A stretch of 64,000 bases of DNA from a virus (IMGVR_UViG_3300023179_000104:2500-66499), one strand, 5' to 3'; positions 1 to 13,027 are shown, numbered from the stretch's first letter. Numbers and translations are program-made. The notes: generated by a model from the sequence alone, not told the origin.

Positions 1-3000
1 GATGCACTTTGCTATATTGGAACAACTCATACTACCAGTCCTCAAATTAATGCTGTATCTGCTGGATATTTCCAACTTGGGGCTGGTAATATTCCTACTT
101 ACAACAACGATGGTACTGGTGGTGCAAACGCAGCTGGTTGGATGTATGCTGTAGTAATTGATAAAGATTTTATCAGAGTTGCTACTAATCCCAAAGATGC
201 TAACGACGGTACAAATTTAATTTCATTCTCTAGTTTTGGTGGTAACTCCACTGCAACTCTGTTCTTCGGTCTGATGAACAAGAGAGGTTATGAAATTCAA
301 TCAAGTATTTCTTCCATTCAAACTGTAGCAACTTCTTCTGAAGTAAGAGTAGCATTCCCTGCTGGTACTACTTGCAAATCTCTGAATATTTACCCAGAGA
401 TGCAAATTACACTCAGTAATACTGGTGTATCTTCACTTGATGGTGTTTATGTAGTTAAAGAATATCCTACAACTTCTAATTTCTCTAATGAAATTTTCAA
501 TGAAACGGATACTCACTTTATTATGGAGGGTCCAACAAACTCTTCTGGTAACCTTGCTACACAAGCATCTAGTGTAACATATTCACTTTCTGGAACTGCT
601 TCTGCTGTAAATACCATTTTAACTCTTAGTAGTTATGAAAAATCAATTCAACCAACTTCAATCACTGCAGTTTCTGGTAGCACTGTAACTATTAATGGTG
701 TTTCTGCTCTCGGTGATGGTAGCAATCCTTATCGTGTAGGTTCTGTTGTAAGATTTACTGCTCTTGGTTCACTGACTGGCGTAACTCCTAACCTGGATTA
801 CTTCATCTCTGCAGTAGGATCAATTTCTTCAGGTTCTGCAACTCTTACACTTTCTTCTACACATCCAACAGTAGCAACAACTCCTGTAACTCTTGGTGGT
901 ACAACTAGTGCTGCAACCTTTACTGGCACAATTACTGGTAATACTTTAACTGCTTCTTCTGTAACTGGATATCTTCAAGTAGGACAATTAATTACAGGAA
1001 CTGGAGTAACTGCTGGTACAGTTATTACTGGATTTGGTAGTGGTACTGGTGGTGCTGGTACTTATTATGTAAATATTCAACAAACTGTAAGCAGTGTTTC
1101 AATGACTGCTTCTGCTAATTTAAAAGTTTATACCAACGGTATTCGTGCTCAAGTACATTCGGGTGCTAACTCTTGGCAGAATCATACAAGAATGTCAATT
1201 CATGATTGGTGTTCATTAACTGGTAAAATGTTTACTCGTGAAGCAATTTCCAACACAGGACATTCCATTTATATTAAAAACCACGGACTTACAAATGGTC
1301 AACCATTAATGTTTGTTGGTGGTGGTAATGGATTTGTAAACTCTGCTGGTAGTGGTAGTGCAGTTGCTTCTAACTATGCTATCTTAAATGAGTCTACAAA
1401 TGGAGGTTATGTTTATTTCGTTTTAGTAAGTGATAGAGATAATTTTACACTTTGGACCTCTGAACCAGATGGATTTACTGGTGCATATGGTGGTTGGGTA
1501 ACAACACCAACTGTTGGCGGAACAATGGGAACACTAAGCGGTAACGTTGCTCAAGTAGTTTTAAGCCCAACTGGATCTCCTTCAGTTCTTCCTATCACTC
1601 AATCGGGCGGTATTTATCAGTTACATCCTGGATTTATTGTTGGTAACTTTACTTATAATACCAACTCAGTTGCTCAGGGTAGAGATCGTGCTATCTCTCA
1701 GAATGGAAAACTTCCAGCATGGTTAACAGATAATGCTCCTGTTATTGTTAAAGCAAACGTAGGTGCTACTCTTCCAACTAACGTTGGTAATTCTCCAAAT
1801 ACTTATGCTTTTTATAACAAATACTTTACAAGAGGTGTTGAAGAAACAATTACTAACGTAACTTCATTTACTGGTTCTATTACTGGAACTACATTGACAA
1901 TATCTGCTATTACTTACGGTGCTCTGCAAGTAGGTCAAGAATTATCTGGAACTGGTGTAAGTGCAGGTACATATATTACTGCATTTGGAACTGGTACTGG
2001 TCAAGCTGGTACATATTTTGTAAATAACTCACAATCAGTAGCTGGTGGTACTACATTTGTTGGTTATCAAAGATCTGAAATGACGCCTTCAGGTAAAAGT
2101 GAATTTGCTCTGGCAATTGTACAAAATGGTCAACCAATTGACTTCGGTGGCAGCCCAACTCCTGGTACTTCAACTGCAACGGCACCTGCTAAATTCTTCT
2201 GCACAAGAATTGTAGAAAATTCATATTCTAACTCATTCTTCCTTCCATTCCATGGCGGTGTTGCGGGACAAAGAACAACTTATGCAACTGGTGCTTTTGG
2301 TGGAACAACTGATACAGCATCTGTTCTTCCAGTTGCAGCAGGATATCCAAAACCAGCATTTGATTATGTAACTGACCGTTATAATATTAAGTGGCCAAGA
2401 ATTAGTTTGTTTATGTCACAAACTGGTAGTGCTTCACAAGGAAGTACAACATTTACTGGTAACGTTTACGGTACTGGAAACGTAGCATATAGTTCAATGC
2501 CAGTAACTGGTGGTGCTGCTACTAACGCAATTTCTGCTGGTAGTACGGGATCATTTGGTACAACCAAATATAATATGGTTCCAGTAACCAATGATATCTT
2601 TAAGATTACTCAAACTGGTTCTTCATTCCTGCCAACAGGTCAACCAACAATTCAGTTTACAATTAACTCTTCACAGTCAATGTCTTATGGTGCATATAAT
2701 AACGCAACTGTAGGTACAAGAGGAACTTCAACTGTTGGTGGTCCTTTTGGTGTAACAGCATATAAGTTTGGTACAACAGCATCTGCCAAAATTCCTAACT
2801 CTAATGCAAACAGAATTATTGTTCCTATTCAGAGAATGACATTCCTTGAGAATGATCTTGTTCGCTATGATACATCTGGAGGTTCTGAAATTGCTAGTTC
2901 ATTTACTGGCATTTCTGGTCTTCAAAATGGACAAGTTTATTCCATTAAAAACGTTTCATTAAAAACTCCTATTTCAACATCAATAAATACAGCAAAAACA

Positions 3001-6000
3001 ATATCTGCAACTGCAACTGTATTTGATCTTGATAATACTATTACTGATATTTTTACTGGATCTATTTCTGGCAATACTTTAACAGTAACTACAGTAATTT
3101 CAGGAACACTTCAAGTTGGTATGTCAATTACTGGTACTGGTATTGCTGCTGGTACAGTAGTTACCGCATTAGGTACTGGTATTGGTGGAGTTGGTACTTA
3201 TACTATCAACGGTCAACCACAAACAGTATCTTCCACAACAATTCAAGGTGTAACTGCTATTGATATTATGGCAGGTGATATTCTTCAGATTGGTACTGAT
3301 GGTTCTGAACAAGTTTATGTAAATCCAGCAGCAGTTATTACAGCAACAATTTCTGGTACTACTTTAACAGTAAGTGCTGTAAATGGAACTCTTACACCAA
3401 ATCAATTAATTACAACTTCTGGTACAACTGTAAATCCAGCACAAACTGTACTTGATAATACTGCAATTGTTAGTCAACTCAGTGGTACTACTGGCGGTGT
3501 TGGTACTTATTTAATTAATAATGCACAAACAATCTCAGTAACAACTAATATGATTGTTTCTGGTGGCAGCAATCAAATTACTGTAACTAGAGGTTATGGT
3601 GGAACAACTCCTGCAATTATTCCAGAAGGAACTCCATTGTATAAGATCTATGGTTCATTCCAGTTGTACTCGCAAGTACTTCTGCAACCAAGAGCACTTA
3701 GTTTTGGTATTACTACTGGTCAAATTGATGCCACTAATATGATCTTTAACTTTGGTGGTACTGTAGCTGCTAGCGGTACTCCAAAAGCGCACAACCTTCG
3801 TACTGGAGATCCACTGCTTCTGTCATCTGGCGGCGGCGGCATTGTCAGTCCATTCGGTTATAGCATCGTCAACAGTGGAGCTAATGCCACTATTGTATAT
3901 GCAATTGTTACTAGTGATTATGCATTCAAAATTGCTCCTACAAAAGAAGCAGCATTCTCTGACTTCTCAATGACAATCACTAACGTTGCTACATCATTTA
4001 CTACAATCGTAGATACAGTTCCTTTAAAATCTTTTGTTAATATTTCTGATGTTACACACAAACTGTTGAATGTTTCTTCTACAGGTTCTATTGACGGTCC
4101 TTATGTTGCAAACTCTGTAACTTCCAGAAAATTAAACTTAAAACCACAAACAAATACTTCTCTTACAATTAATTCTAGAGAATTAACATTTAATCCAGCA
4201 AAAACACTTAATCAAAAAACAGGTCAATTCATTTATACGGGTCATGGATTTTCAACTGGAACAAGAGTAATTTATTCTAGAAATAGTAATCCATTTGAAA
4301 TTGGTAGAGAGAAGCAAAGAAATTATCAAATTACTAACATAAGCAGAGTACAACAAGCAACTGCAACTGGTACTCCTGGTCTTGCAACACTGACATTCTC
4401 TGCTGCACATGGTTTAACAATTGGACAAATTTATCAAGCACAATACATCAATATTGATGGTACTAATGCTACAAATGAAACTTTTGATGCTGTAAGCGTT
4501 CCTGTATACGTCAGTTCCACAACTCAAGTTCAATATATCAGTCCTATTTCAAACACTGTAGTAAGTTCTACTGCAGTAACTGGTACGATGTCTCTGAGAG
4601 GAACTTTACATCCTCAAGCTGGATATAATGCACTCTATGATCTTGATCTTACTGCTGCTCCTTCAGGAAATGGAACAACTGTAACTTATACTTTTGCTAA
4701 TACAATTTTAGAACCTTTTGCGGTTAATGATACTGTAAATGTAACTGGTGTTCTGGTTGCTGGAAGTACAAGTAATGGATATAATGGAACTTTTAAAGTT
4801 ACTGCTTGTACTACAACAAGTGTAACTGTAACAAACACTACAACTGGTGGTTCACCTTCAATTACTGCTACTGGATGTTCAGTAAGAGGTACTTATTATG
4901 TAATCAGAGATAGTTTTGATCTGTTCCGTTTAGCAAAAACAAAAGCAAATGCTCTGAGTGGTATTCCAATTGCCAATTATTCTACAACTGGTTCAAACCA
5001 GATTGTACCAATGCAATTCAACCTCTATGCAATGCAAAGAACTTCTGGGGTAACTACAATTACAACTGGTAACCAAGCAGGTGGTGCTACAGCGCATGGT
5101 CTAGTAATTGGTATGGTTTATAATGCATCAATCATTGATATTAACTGTGGTGGTGCTTATGTATCTGGTTCTACTGTAGTTCCTTATACCTCACTGAACG
5201 CAAGTAATGTACAAATTACTGTAACTACAACCACTCAATTTACATATTCTAATCCTGGAACTGATATTCCATCTACAAACATTGGTAATACTAATACTCC
5301 AGTTGTTGGTACTATGACCATTTCTGGTCTGAATGAAGCGGGTCATAAATTGATTTCATATCAGGTGGCTGGCGAAACTATGGGTAATGGTACTGCTACC
5401 ATTAACTCTAAGGATGCTCTCCTCACTGATCCAACTACTTTATCAAACAATATTAGACCAGCAACTGAAAGAATTGTTCTTACTTCACACGGGTTTAGCA
5501 CTGGCGACCGTGTTATCTATCGCGTATGGGGTAATGGTACTCCAATTCTTGGATTAACTGATGGTGGTAACTATTATATCAATAATACATTCAACTCAAT
5601 TACATCGGGTCCTTTAGCTCGTGGTGGTACTGAAAGTGGTCAAACTGCTAACCAATTCTCACTTCACAACTCTTGGGTGGGCGCTTACACAAACACTGAC
5701 TTAGTTGATATTCTCGGTGGTGGTACTGGTAACGTTCATCAATTCAAGATTTCCAACCCAACATTGAAAGGAACAACATATAAAGGTGAGTGGTCTTCTG
5801 GAGATAACTACTTCTATGGAGATATTGTTCTTTTCCGTAGTCAGTACTTTATGTCGAATAACGGCGTAATTACTTCTTCAGGATCTTTCCCAAATAATGG
5901 TCAACAACCCGTATTAAATAGCGGTATATTTAATAATAACTGGCAAGAAATTCCAAATCTACCAGCATACTCTTCAAGATTCCTTGCTCAGTATAAAGGT

Positions 6001-8937
6001 GGTGATGCGCTCAAAATTAGCAATACAGTTCCTTCAAGATCTGTTACATTTGCTTATAGTGCTGTATCAACTACAACTGGTATCTTCAACGTTTCTAACC
6101 ATAGATTAACAACTGGTGATGCTGTAATTTATCGCGTAAATGCTGCTGGTGGTAATAATTCTACTGCTGCTGCTACAACACTTTCTAATATTTACGGACA
6201 AACAAATGGTACTGGTGATCTTCCAATGAGACCACAAGCAGGAAATAACCCTGCTACGAATAATGATAAATTTATTGCTGATTATGTTTACTATGTAAAC
6301 GTACTTGATACTGGTAACTTTACTTTACACACATCACTTTCTGGTGCTATCGCGGGTCAATCTTATACTTCAACCGCACTTAATACAATTTCTGGTGCTG
6401 GTTTCGCTTTCTCTAGTGTTGCTGGTTCAAGAAATGCTGCTGGTCTTGTAAGTATCACAACTGGTGCTCACGGTCTGCAAGTAGGTGCTACTTACCTTGC
6501 TTCAATTAACGTTGATACTGCTGGTTTTGAGAACTATGATGCATACAACGTAACTATCAACGTAACGAGTTCTACAATAATTACATATCAGACAAATATT
6601 CTAGGTAGTAGTAACTCTGGTACGATCAGTGGTACATTCCGTCTAATTGATCAAACTGATCTGGTTGTTCCTGGTAGTGCATTTACTGGTATTGGTTCTT
6701 ATCATAGACTTGAAAAACTTGAAGGTCAAGTTTACGAACCAACTGTTATTGCTGTTAACAGTGATACTGAAATGGTTATTACTGATCCATTCCCATCCAG
6801 ACAGTTTACATTTAACCCACAAGGTACATTTAATTCACCATCAGGAACTCAATTACCAATTATTAACTTAACTAATGGTGATATCTATATTCCAGGTCAT
6901 GGAATTACTACTGGCACTAAACTTTATTATTCTCCTGGTTTAAATATCGGTTTGACACTTGGTAACGTAACTGCTGGCGGCACTTATTATGCAATTAAAA
7001 TTAATGATGATATAATTCGCATTGCAACATCTCTGTCTAATGCTCTTCTGATGGTTCCAAATATTCCATCTAATACTGGTGCTGGTTTCTACCATTATAT
7101 TGTTGTTGCAACTCCTGCTGGATCAACTAATATTCGCTATGATTCTAGTGGTAACTTGATTACTGATACTCAAGGTACTGGTTCACAGTATGCGGGTATT
7201 GCAAGTTCAAACTATTATTCCAATCAAAATGCTTCTAATATCAGTGCTGGTGTTCTACAAAGTTTGAATTTCCTCTATCCAACTGCTGTTTATGCAAGAG
7301 CAAATTGCATTAACTTACATAGACCATTTGATGGTGGTGTTGAACTTCAAAATGCTAAGGCTCCTCAAACACAAATTATTCGTCAAACCCGTAAGTATTT
7401 CCGTTATCAGTCAGGTAAAGGTTTACAATACTCTACTGGTATTAACTTTAACCCATCGCTTGACGTTTCATATATTACGCATGATGGTTCTACCTACGCA
7501 ACAATTGTTACCAGAAAAGCTCATAACTTCTCTGCTGGAAACAAAATTAAAGTTGAAAATGTAACAGTTGCAACTGGTTCCGCTGCTCCTTATACAAACC
7601 CTGCTAATAGCCTCTATTTTACTGTATTTGATACTCCTGATGAATTTACGCTTCGTTATGCAACCAATGGTTTGCCCGCTGATTTATCGCCATCAGGTTA
7701 TGCAAATCTGTTCCCATACGATTGGACTGATGCCAAAATTCGTGCTGGTATGTTTGACGATCAAAATGGTATGTTCTTTGAATTTGATGGACAAAATCTG
7801 TATGTTGTAAGAAGATCTTCTACTGGTCAACTTGCTGGAACTGTTTCTGCAACATTTAACAGCAATACAATAACTGGCATTAATACCAAGTTTACTAAAC
7901 AATTAGCTGCTAATGATTATATTATAATTCGCGGTCAAACTTATAAAGTAACATCTGCACCTTCTGATACTAACATTCATATTTCTCCTTCATATAGAGG
8001 TGTTGCTGGTACAAGATTAATTGTAACTAAAGTTGATGAACTCAGAATTCCTCAATCACAATGGAATATTGATAAATGTGATGGAACTGGTGTTAGTGGA
8101 TTTAAATTAAATCTGAACAGAATGCAAATGGCATACATGGATTATTCCTGGTATGGTGCTGGTAGAGTACGCTTTGGTTTCAAAGATACTCATGGTAAAG
8201 TATTCTATTGTCATGAAATTATTCACAACAATAAGAAAACTGAAGCTTATCTCCGTTCTGGTAACCTTCCCGCACGTTATGAAGTTCTGAATGGTGACAA
8301 TCCAACATACTCACCATCACTCTATCACTGGGGTGCATCAGTAATTATGGATGGTAAGTTTGAGGATGATAAAGCGTATCTGTTTACTGCTGCTTCTGGT
8401 TCTGGTGGTTCTGATATTATTACAGTTCCTTCAACACTTTTTGGTACTCAGGTTCCAATTATTTCAATGCGTCTTGCTCCTTCCGTAGATAGTTCTCTTG
8501 TAGGTGCTCTCGGTTCCCGAGATCTGATTAACAGAATGACACTGAAGCCAAACTCTTGCGGTATTGTTATTACTAATACTAACAATAAAGCATGTTCAGT
8601 TCGTCTAATTCTGAACGGTAATCTTTCTCAATCTGCATATTTTACAAACTACGGTACACCTTCATTAACTCAAGTTATTAAACATACTGGTGCTATTAGT
8701 GATACTGTTTCTGGTGGTATAACGGTATTTGAATTCCGTGCTGCTTCTGGTGCATCTGTAACACAAGATCTTGGACAATTGATTGAACTTGGCAATTCAA
8801 TTATGGGTGGTGATTATGTATATCCCAATGGTCCTGATATTCTGACTCTGGCGGTAGTACCAACAGATTCTACTTCTGGTACTGCTGGTAATACATTCGT
8901 AACTGCACGTCTCACTTGGACTGAATCACAAGCTTGA
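1..8937 (+). CDS. Giant repeat-rich virion structural (fibre/baseplate-associated) protein, 5'-truncated by the window edge
   Basis: Frame +1 is open from base 1 to TGA at 8935-8937. G/T/S-rich beta-type sequence with about 10 H-G-x-x-T-G motifs and four FTGSITGxTLTV...GTY repeats. Lies directly upstream of gp13. Confidence 0.8.
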   Translation, partial: DALCYIGTTHTTSPQINAVSAGYFQLGAGNIPTYNNDGTGGANAAGWMYAVVIDKDFIRVATNPKDANDGTNLISFSSFGGNSTATLFFGLMNKRGYEIQSSISSIQTVATSSEVRVAFPAGTTCKSLNIYPEMQITLSNTGVSSLDGVYVVKEYPTTSNFSNEIFNETDTHFIMEGPTNSSGNLATQASSVTYSLSGTASAVNTILTLSSYEKSIQPTSITAVSGSTVTINGVSALGDGSNPYRVGSVVRFTALGSLTGVTPNLDYFISAVGSISSGSATLTLSSTHPTVATTPVTLGGTTSAATFTGTITGNTLTASSVTGYLQVGQLITGTGVTAGTVITGFGSGTGGAGTYYVNIQQTVSSVSMTASANLKVYTNGIRAQVHSGANSWQNHTRMSIHDWCSLTGKMFTREAISNTGHSIYIKNHGLTNGQPLMFVGGGNGFVNSAGSGSAVASNYAILNESTNGGYVYFVLVSDRDNFTLWTSEPDGFTGAYGGWVTTPTVGGTMGTLSGNVAQVVLSPTGSPSVLPITQSGGIYQLHPGFIVGNFTYNTNSVAQGRDRAISQNGKLPAWLTDNAPVIVKANVGATLPTNVGNSPNTYAFYNKYFTRGVEETITNVTSFTGSITGTTLTISAITYGALQVGQELSGTGVSAGTYITAFGTGTGQAGTYFVNNSQSVAGGTTFVGYQRSEMTPSGKSEFALAIVQNGQPIDFGGSPTPGTSTATAPAKFFCTRIVENSYSNSFFLPFHGGVAGQRTTYATGAFGGTTDTASVLPVAAGYPKPAFDYVTDRYNIKWPRISLFMSQTGSASQGSTTFTGNVYGTGNVAYSSMPVTGGAATNAISAGSTGSFGTTKYNMVPVTNDIFKITQTGSSFLPTGQPTIQFTINSSQSMSYGAYNNATVGTRGTSTVGGPFGVTAYKFGTTASAKIPNSNANRIIVPIQRMTFLENDLVRYDTSGGSEIASSFTGISGLQNGQVYSIKNVSLKTPISTSINTAKTISATATVFDLDNTITDIFTGSISGNTLTVTTVISGTLQVGMSITGTGIAAGTVVTALGTGIGGVGTYTINGQPQTVSSTTIQGVTAIDIMAGDILQIGTDGSEQVYVNPAAVITATISGTTLTVSAVNGTLTPNQLITTSGTTVNPAQTVLDNTAIVSQLSGTTGGVGTYLINNAQTISVTTNMIVSGGSNQITVTRGYGGTTPAIIPEGTPLYKIYGSFQLYSQVLLQPRALSFGITTGQIDATNMIFNFGGTVAASGTPKAHNLRTGDPLLLSSGGGGIVSPFGYSIVNSGANATIVYAIVTSDYAFKIAPTKEAAFSDFSMTITNVATSFTTIVDTVPLKSFVNISDVTHKLLNVSSTGSIDGPYVANSVTSRKLNLKPQTNTSLTINSRELTFNPAKTLNQKTGQFIYTGHGFSTGTRVIYSRNSNPFEIGREKQRNYQITNISRVQQATATGTPGLATLTFSAAHGLTIGQIYQAQYINIDGTNATNETFDAVSVPVYVSSTTQVQYISPISNTVVSSTAVTGTMSLRGTLHPQAGYNALYDLDLTAAPSGNGTTVTYTFANTILEPFAVNDTVNVTGVLVAGSTSNGYNGTFKVTACTTTSVTVTNTTTGGSPSITATGCSVRGTYYVIRDSFDLFRLAKTKANALSGIPIANYSTTGSNQIVPMQFNLYAMQRTSGVTTITTGNQAGGATAHGLVIGMVYNASIIDINCGGAYVSGSTVVPYTSLNASNVQITVTTTTQFTYSNPGTDIPSTNIGNTNTPVVGTMTISGLNEAGHKLISYQVAGETMGNGTATINSKDALLTDPTTLSNNIRPATERIVLTSHGFSTGDRVIYRVWGNGTPILGLTDGGNYYINNTFNSITSGPLARGGTESGQTANQFSLHNSWVGAYTNTDLVDILGGGTGNVHQFKISNPTLKGTTYKGEWSSGDNYFYGDIVLFRSQYFMSNNGVITSSGSFPNNGQQPVLNSGIFNNNWQEIPNLPAYSSRFLAQYKGGDALKISNTVPSRSVTFAYSAVSTTTGIFNVSNHRLTTGDAVIYRVNAAGGNNSTAAATTLSNIYGQTNGTGDLPMRPQAGNNPATNNDKFIADYVYYVNVLDTGNFTLHTSLSGAIAGQSYTSTALNTISGAGFAFSSVAGSRNAAGLVSITTGAHGLQVGATYLASINVDTAGFENYDAYNVTINVTSSTIITYQTNILGSSNSGTISGTFRLIDQTDLVVPGSAFTGIGSYHRLEKLEGQVYEPTVIAVNSDTEMVITDPFPSRQFTFNPQGTFNSPSGTQLPIINLTNGDIYIPGHGITTGTKLYYSPGLNIGLTLGNVTAGGTYYAIKINDDIIRIATSLSNALLMVPNIPSNTGAGFYHYIVVATPAGSTNIRYDSSGNLITDTQGTGSQYAGIASSNYYSNQNASNISAGVLQSLNFLYPTAVYARANCINLHRPFDGGVELQNAKAPQTQIIRQTRKYFRYQSGKGLQYSTGINFNPSLDVSYITHDGSTYATIVTRKAHNFSAGNKIKVENVTVATGSAAPYTNPANSLYFTVFDTPDEFTLRYATNGLPADLSPSGYANLFPYDWTDAKIRAGMFDDQNGMFFEFDGQNLYVVRRSSTGQLAGTVSATFNSNTITGINTKFTKQLAANDYIIIRGQTYKVTSAPSDTNIHISPSYRGVAGTRLIVTKVDELRIPQSQWNIDKCDGTGVSGFKLNLNRMQMAYMDYSWYGAGRVRFGFKDTHGKVFYCHEIIHNNKKTEAYLRSGNLPARYEVLNGDNPTYSPSLYHWGASVIMDGKFEDDKAYLFTAASGSGGSDIITVPSTLFGTQVPIISMRLAPSVDSSLVGALGSRDLINRMTLKPNSCGIVITNTNNKACSVRLILNGNLSQSAYFTNYGTPSLTQVIKHTGAISDTVSGGITVFEFRAASGASVTQDLGQLIELGNSIMGGDYVYPNGPDILTLAVVPTDSTSGTAGNTFVTARLTWTESQA

Positions 8938-8960
8938 TTTTTTCCAAAAACTCAATACTG

Positions 8961-8985
8961 GAGGGGGGAAACCCCCTCTTTTTTT
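8961..8985 (+). terminator. Rho-independent terminator
   Basis: GAGGGGG-GAAA-CCCCCTC hairpin followed by a T tract. Confidence 0.85.
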
Positions 8986-8992
8986 ATAAATA
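8985..8992 (+). promoter_or_regulatory. T4-type late promoter
   Basis: TATAAATA upstream of the gp13 RBS (AGGAG). Confidence 0.8.
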
Positions 8993-9016
8993 CTTTTATA
9001 GGAGTATATTAACTTA

Positions 9017-9826
9017 ATGGCACGTCCAACATCCAGACAGCAATTAATTGATTATTGCCTTAGAAGGCTAGGTTTTCCCGTGTTAGAAATTAATGTGGAC
9101 GATGATCAGATTGAAGATCTGGTAGACGATGCTATTCAATTTTTTCAAGAAAGACATTTTGATGGTAATATTCGCACATTTTTAAAATATAAAGTTACTC
9201 CAGAAATTGTAGCGGCAGCAAAAACAAATAAAACAATTACGGTATCTGGAGTCACTCCGACAACTCTTTATGAACAAAATAATTATATTCCAATTCCAGA
9301 TCATATCTTGAGTATTCAACAAGTATATGCTCAAGATAATAGTGTATCTTCTGTATCTGGTAATATTTTTAGTATTAAATATCAATTATTTTTGAATGAT
9401 TTTTATAACTTTGGTTCAATGGAAATTTTAAATTATTATATGATTAAAAGTTATTTGGAAACTTTGGATTGGGTAATTTCAAACTTTAAACCAGTACGTT
9501 GGAACAAAAGAGAAAATAAACTTTGGATTGATACTGATTGGGATCAATTAACTTCAGGGACATATTTAATTATTGATTGCTACAGAATGCTTGATCCAAA
9601 TGAAAGCACTGAAATTTGGAATGATGTATGGATGAAGAGATATCTTACTGCATTGATTAAACGTCAATGGGGTCAAAATCTTATTAAGTTTAAAAATGTA
9701 GCATTGCCTGGTGGTGTTACCTTAAATGGTAGAGAAATTTATGAAGATGCTGATACAGAAATTCAACAAATTATGGCAGAATTCCAACTGGCAGCAGAAC
9801 TTCCACCCTTGGATATGATAGGATAA
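9017..9826 (+). CDS. gp13: Neck protein gp13
   Basis: MARPTSRQQLIDYCLRRLG.P..EINV; KRQWGQNLIKF...LPGGVTLNG; synteny. Confidence 0.95.
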   Translation: MARPTSRQQLIDYCLRRLGFPVLEINVDDDQIEDLVDDAIQFFQERHFDGNIRTFLKYKVTPEIVAAAKTNKTITVSGVTPTTLYEQNNYIPIPDHILSIQQVYAQDNSVSSVSGNIFSIKYQLFLNDFYNFGSMEILNYYMIKSYLETLDWVISNFKPVRWNKRENKLWIDTDWDQLTSGTYLIIDCYRMLDPNESTEIWNDVWMKRYLTALIKRQWGQNLIKFKNVALPGGVTLNGREIYEDADTEIQQIMAEFQLAAELPPLDMIG

Positions 9827-10932
9827 TGGCAAGAAATCTTTACTTCACCCAAGGAACTGTAGGTGAACAAAATTTAGTTCAAGATCTTATTGATGAACAC
9901 ATCAAGATTTATGGTATTGAATGTTATTATATTCCTAGAAAAATTTATGAAGATAAACTTTGGAAAGATATTTATTATTCGGAGTTTAAAGATAGTTATT
10001 TAATTGAAATGTATCTTGAGAACTTTGAAGGATTTGGTGGTAAAGGAGATATGCTTTCCAAGTTCGGATTGAAAGTTACTGATGAAATTACTCTCACAGT
10101 ATCACGTCGTCGTTGGAAAGATTTTGTAGATCTTTCTACTAATAAAATTGTACAAGGAAGACCCAATGATGGTGATCTTATTTTCTTTCCATTAAATCAA
10201 AATGTATTTGAAATTAAATTTGTAGAGAATCAAAGTCCATTTTATCAACTAAATAAATTATATGTTTATACTTTAACATGTGAAATGTTTGAGTATGGTG
10301 ATAGCATTTTTGATACTGGAAATTCTAAAATTGATAATCTTGATAAAGAAAGTGGTGACTATCCTATTATTCTTAATGTTGGTGGTATCGGAAACTTTAC
10401 TCCAGGAGAAAAGATTTTTGGGTCTAAATTTACAGCAACTGCTTCTGGAGCATTAGTAAGTAATTATCTTGGTACTATTACAGTAACTTCATCTGGTGCT
10501 GGATATGTAACTCCACCAGTAGTTTCTGTTTATGATGTGCAAGGTAATTTTATTGATTATGGTTCTTGTACTATTTCTGGTGGTAAAGTTAAATCAATAA
10601 CTGGTCCAACCGCAATCTATACATTTTCTGGTGTGCCATCAATTGTTATTGGAGCATCTCCTAAAGATTCAACTGCAACTGTTGCTACTTGGGATCCTGA
10701 TAATAGAACTGTCACTGTTGTTTACGCTAAAGGTGATTTTGCTGACGGCGAGCTTATCAAAGGAGAGACCTCCAAATCTGCTTGGAAAATTACTGAAACT
10801 GATGACATTGATACTAGTGGTGGAACTGATTGGTCTGAAAATAGACAAATTGAAGATGCTGGAAATCTTCTTATTGATTTTTCTGAATCAAATCCATTTG
10901 GTAATTTTGGAGATATGGAGGAGTTATTCTAA
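9826..10932 (+). CDS. gp14: Neck protein gp14 with an inserted beta-rich domain
   Basis: FGG.GD.LSKFG, RPNDGDLIFFP, PFYQL and DFSESNPFG motifs. Confidence 0.93.
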   Translation: MARNLYFTQGTVGEQNLVQDLIDEHIKIYGIECYYIPRKIYEDKLWKDIYYSEFKDSYLIEMYLENFEGFGGKGDMLSKFGLKVTDEITLTVSRRRWKDFVDLSTNKIVQGRPNDGDLIFFPLNQNVFEIKFVENQSPFYQLNKLYVYTLTCEMFEYGDSIFDTGNSKIDNLDKESGDYPIILNVGGIGNFTPGEKIFGSKFTATASGALVSNYLGTITVTSSGAGYVTPPVVSVYDVQGNFIDYGSCTISGGKVKSITGPTAIYTFSGVPSIVIGASPKDSTATVATWDPDNRTVTVVYAKGDFADGELIKGETSKSAWKITETDDIDTSGGTDWSENRQIEDAGNLLIDFSESNPFGNFGDMEELF

Positions 10933-11735
10933 TGTTAGGAAATTATTTTTACCACAAAATTATTAGAAAAACAGTTACCACATTTGGTACTCTGTTTAAT
11001 AATGTACAAATTAAAAAATATGATGCTGAAGGAAACTTGATAAAGCAAGAAAAGGTTCCTTTGGCATATGGACCTATGCAAAAATTTCTTGCTAGGTTAA
11101 AACAAAATCCAGATATTGATAGAAATTTTACTATTAATGTGCCAAGATTATCATTTGAAATGACAGCAATTTCATATGATGGTAGTAGAAAAGTTCCTCC
11201 TATTCAACAGAATAGAGTAATTAATGATGAAACTAAAGGATATGATGTGCAGTATATGCCTGTTCCTTATAATGTTGAATTTGAATTAGGTATCATCACA
11301 AAATCACAAGATGATGCTTTGCAAATTCTTGAACAAATTCTTCCTTTCTTTCAACCACAATTTACTGTAACTATTGAAATGATTTCTGAAATGAATGAAA
11401 ATCGTGACATTCCTATCATATTAAATAGTGTTGACTTTAATGATGAATATGAAGGTGACTTAATGGAGCGCAGAACTATTACCTATACATTAAGATTTAC
11501 AGCAAAAACTTATCTGTATGGTCCTATTAGTTCTGGTGATATCATTAAGAAATCTATTTCCAATATCAATATTGGTGATAAAGTTACAAATTCTAGAGTT
11601 CTTAAATATCAAGTAGAACCAGAAGCAATTACAGATTTGAATAATGATAATGTAATAAATGCTGCAGATACAGCATTGCTAACAGCAGAAGATGATTTTG
11701 GGTTCAACGAGGGGGTAACATATTATGGACCATAA
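10932..11735 (+). CDS. gp15: Tail sheath stabiliser/completion protein gp15
   Basis: YFYHKIIRK..FGTLFN, VPLAYGP, PRLSFE, QILEQILPFFQP. Confidence 0.95.
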   Translation: MLGNYFYHKIIRKTVTTFGTLFNNVQIKKYDAEGNLIKQEKVPLAYGPMQKFLARLKQNPDIDRNFTINVPRLSFEMTAISYDGSRKVPPIQQNRVINDETKGYDVQYMPVPYNVEFELGIITKSQDDALQILEQILPFFQPQFTVTIEMISEMNENRDIPIILNSVDFNDEYEGDLMERRTITYTLRFTAKTYLYGPISSGDIIKKSISNINIGDKVTNSRVLKYQVEPEAITDLNNDNVINAADTALLTAEDDFGFNEGVTYYGP

Positions 11736-12147
11736 ATTTAAAGAAAATATGGAAGATCTTTTTGATATTGAACCTATAGAAGCAGAAGCAGAAATTGTTT
11801 CTTCCGAACCTTCTATTCAAAATGCAGATGATATTGATACAGATTATAAGTATGCTCGTAATGAATTATATGAATTAATTAAGAAAGGACAAGTTGCCAT
11901 TGATGAATTGATTGATGTTGCTCGTAGTAGTAATCATCCTAGAGCATATGAGGTTGCATTTCAAGGCATTAAAAATGTTGCTGATATTACAGATAAGTTA
12001 GCAGATCTTCAAAAAAAGATGAAAGATATTAAAACAGAAAATAAAAAATCTTCTCCAACAACTGTTAACAATACTATGTTTGTTGGGTCAACTGCAGATC
12101 TTGCAAAGATGCTTAAAAATGCATCAAAAAACCTAAATAATCAATAA
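11725..12147 (+). CDS. gp16: Terminase small subunit gp16
   Basis: DYKYAR.., HPRAYEV, NNTMFVGSTADL. Confidence 0.93.
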   Translation: MDHKFKENMEDLFDIEPIEAEAEIVSSEPSIQNADDIDTDYKYARNELYELIKKGQVAIDELIDVARSSNHPRAYEVAFQGIKNVADITDKLADLQKKMKDIKTENKKSSPTTVNNTMFVGSTADLAKMLKNASKNLNNQ

Positions 12148-12159
12148 AAGGAAATTAAG

Positions 12160-12429
12160 ATGAGAGTTAAACTATTAGGAACAGCAGTAACACTGACAAC
12201 TACTCCTTCTGTTATCGCAGCAACTGCAGTTGATGTTTTAGTTGTTCATCAATCTGGTGGTAGTGCTGCTAGAACTATAACACTTTATGAAAATGATGGA
12301 ACCACTGTAGTTGGTTCATATTTTCAAAATCCTGGTTCACAAATTGTTTTACATATCAAAGCAAATCAAAAATTGAAAGTGGATTCAGCATCTGATGTTC
12401 ATGTTACCCCAATAGGTTATTTTTCATAA
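12160..12429 (+). CDS. Hypothetical small beta-rich protein
   Basis: 89-aa ORF with RBS (AAGGA) and upstream CTAAATA late-type motif. Confidence 0.7.
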   Translation: MRVKLLGTAVTLTTTPSVIAATAVDVLVVHQSGGSAARTITLYENDGTTVVGSYFQNPGSQIVLHIKANQKLKVDSASDVHVTPIGYFS

Positions 12430-12451
12430 GAAAAAAAACTGTTTTACTACC

Positions 12452-13015
12452 ATGAAAATTTTCAAAAAATTTAGAAACCAACTTAAAGAAGATCATATTC
12501 CTATTGCTATGGGTAAGATGCTTGATAGTGAAGGTGCGATGATTAAAAATCAACTTGAAACGATTGAAAGATCTGTAGAACTTCTCAGAGCACAAATCAA
12601 ATCAGATGATATGCAGATCCCAGCATGGGTTCAAGCAAAGGTCACTCTTGCCACAGAAAACATTCTTACATGTGCTAATTACATGGCAGGTAAAGATGAA
12701 GAAGTTAAAGAAGAAATTGATCTAGAACTAAATAAACTATCCTTTAAGGAGTTTTTAGAACTAGATGAAGGAGCAGCTTGGACCAGAAAATCTGGAAAAA
12801 ATAAAAATGGTGGACTTAACGAAAAAGGAAGAAAATCTTACGAACGTGAACATCCTGGAAGCGACCTTAAGGCACCTTCAAAAAAGATTGGAAATCCCCG
12901 CAGGGCATCATTCTGTGCAAGAATGAAAGGTATGAAAGCAAAATTAACTTCAAGTAAAACTGCCAAAGATCCTGATAGCAGAATTAATAAATCATTGAGA
13001 GCTTGGAATTGTTAA
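12452..13015 (+). CDS. Two-module putative internal head protein (C-terminal DUF6321-like basic module)
   Basis: N-terminal MKIFKKF..LKE, internal SFKEFLELDE, then AWTRKSGKN..GGLNEKGRKSYE..RRASFCARM..SLRAWNC. Confidence 0.7.
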   Translation: MKIFKKFRNQLKEDHIPIAMGKMLDSEGAMIKNQLETIERSVELLRAQIKSDDMQIPAWVQAKVTLATENILTCANYMAGKDEEVKEEIDLELNKLSFKEFLELDEGAAWTRKSGKNKNGGLNEKGRKSYEREHPGSDLKAPSKKIGNPRRASFCARMKGMKAKLTSSKTAKDPDSRINKSLRAWNC

Positions 13016-13019
13016 TTTT

Positions 13020-13027
13020 TATAAATA
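13020..13027 (+). promoter_or_regulatory. T4-type late promoter
   Basis: TATAAATA upstream of gp17. Confidence 0.75.

Noticed and set aside
6647-7902. Short alternative-frame and antisense ORFs inside the giant gene, and similar shadow ORFs throughout (e.g. 13335-13691, 38612-39025, 46641-47075, 49695-50156)
   Set aside because: They are fully nested in well-supported genes, with no RBS or recognisable motifs; this is expected from codon bias.
142-8937. ORF-track start at 142 for the giant protein
   Set aside because: The frame is open from base 1, so the true start lies upstream of the window.
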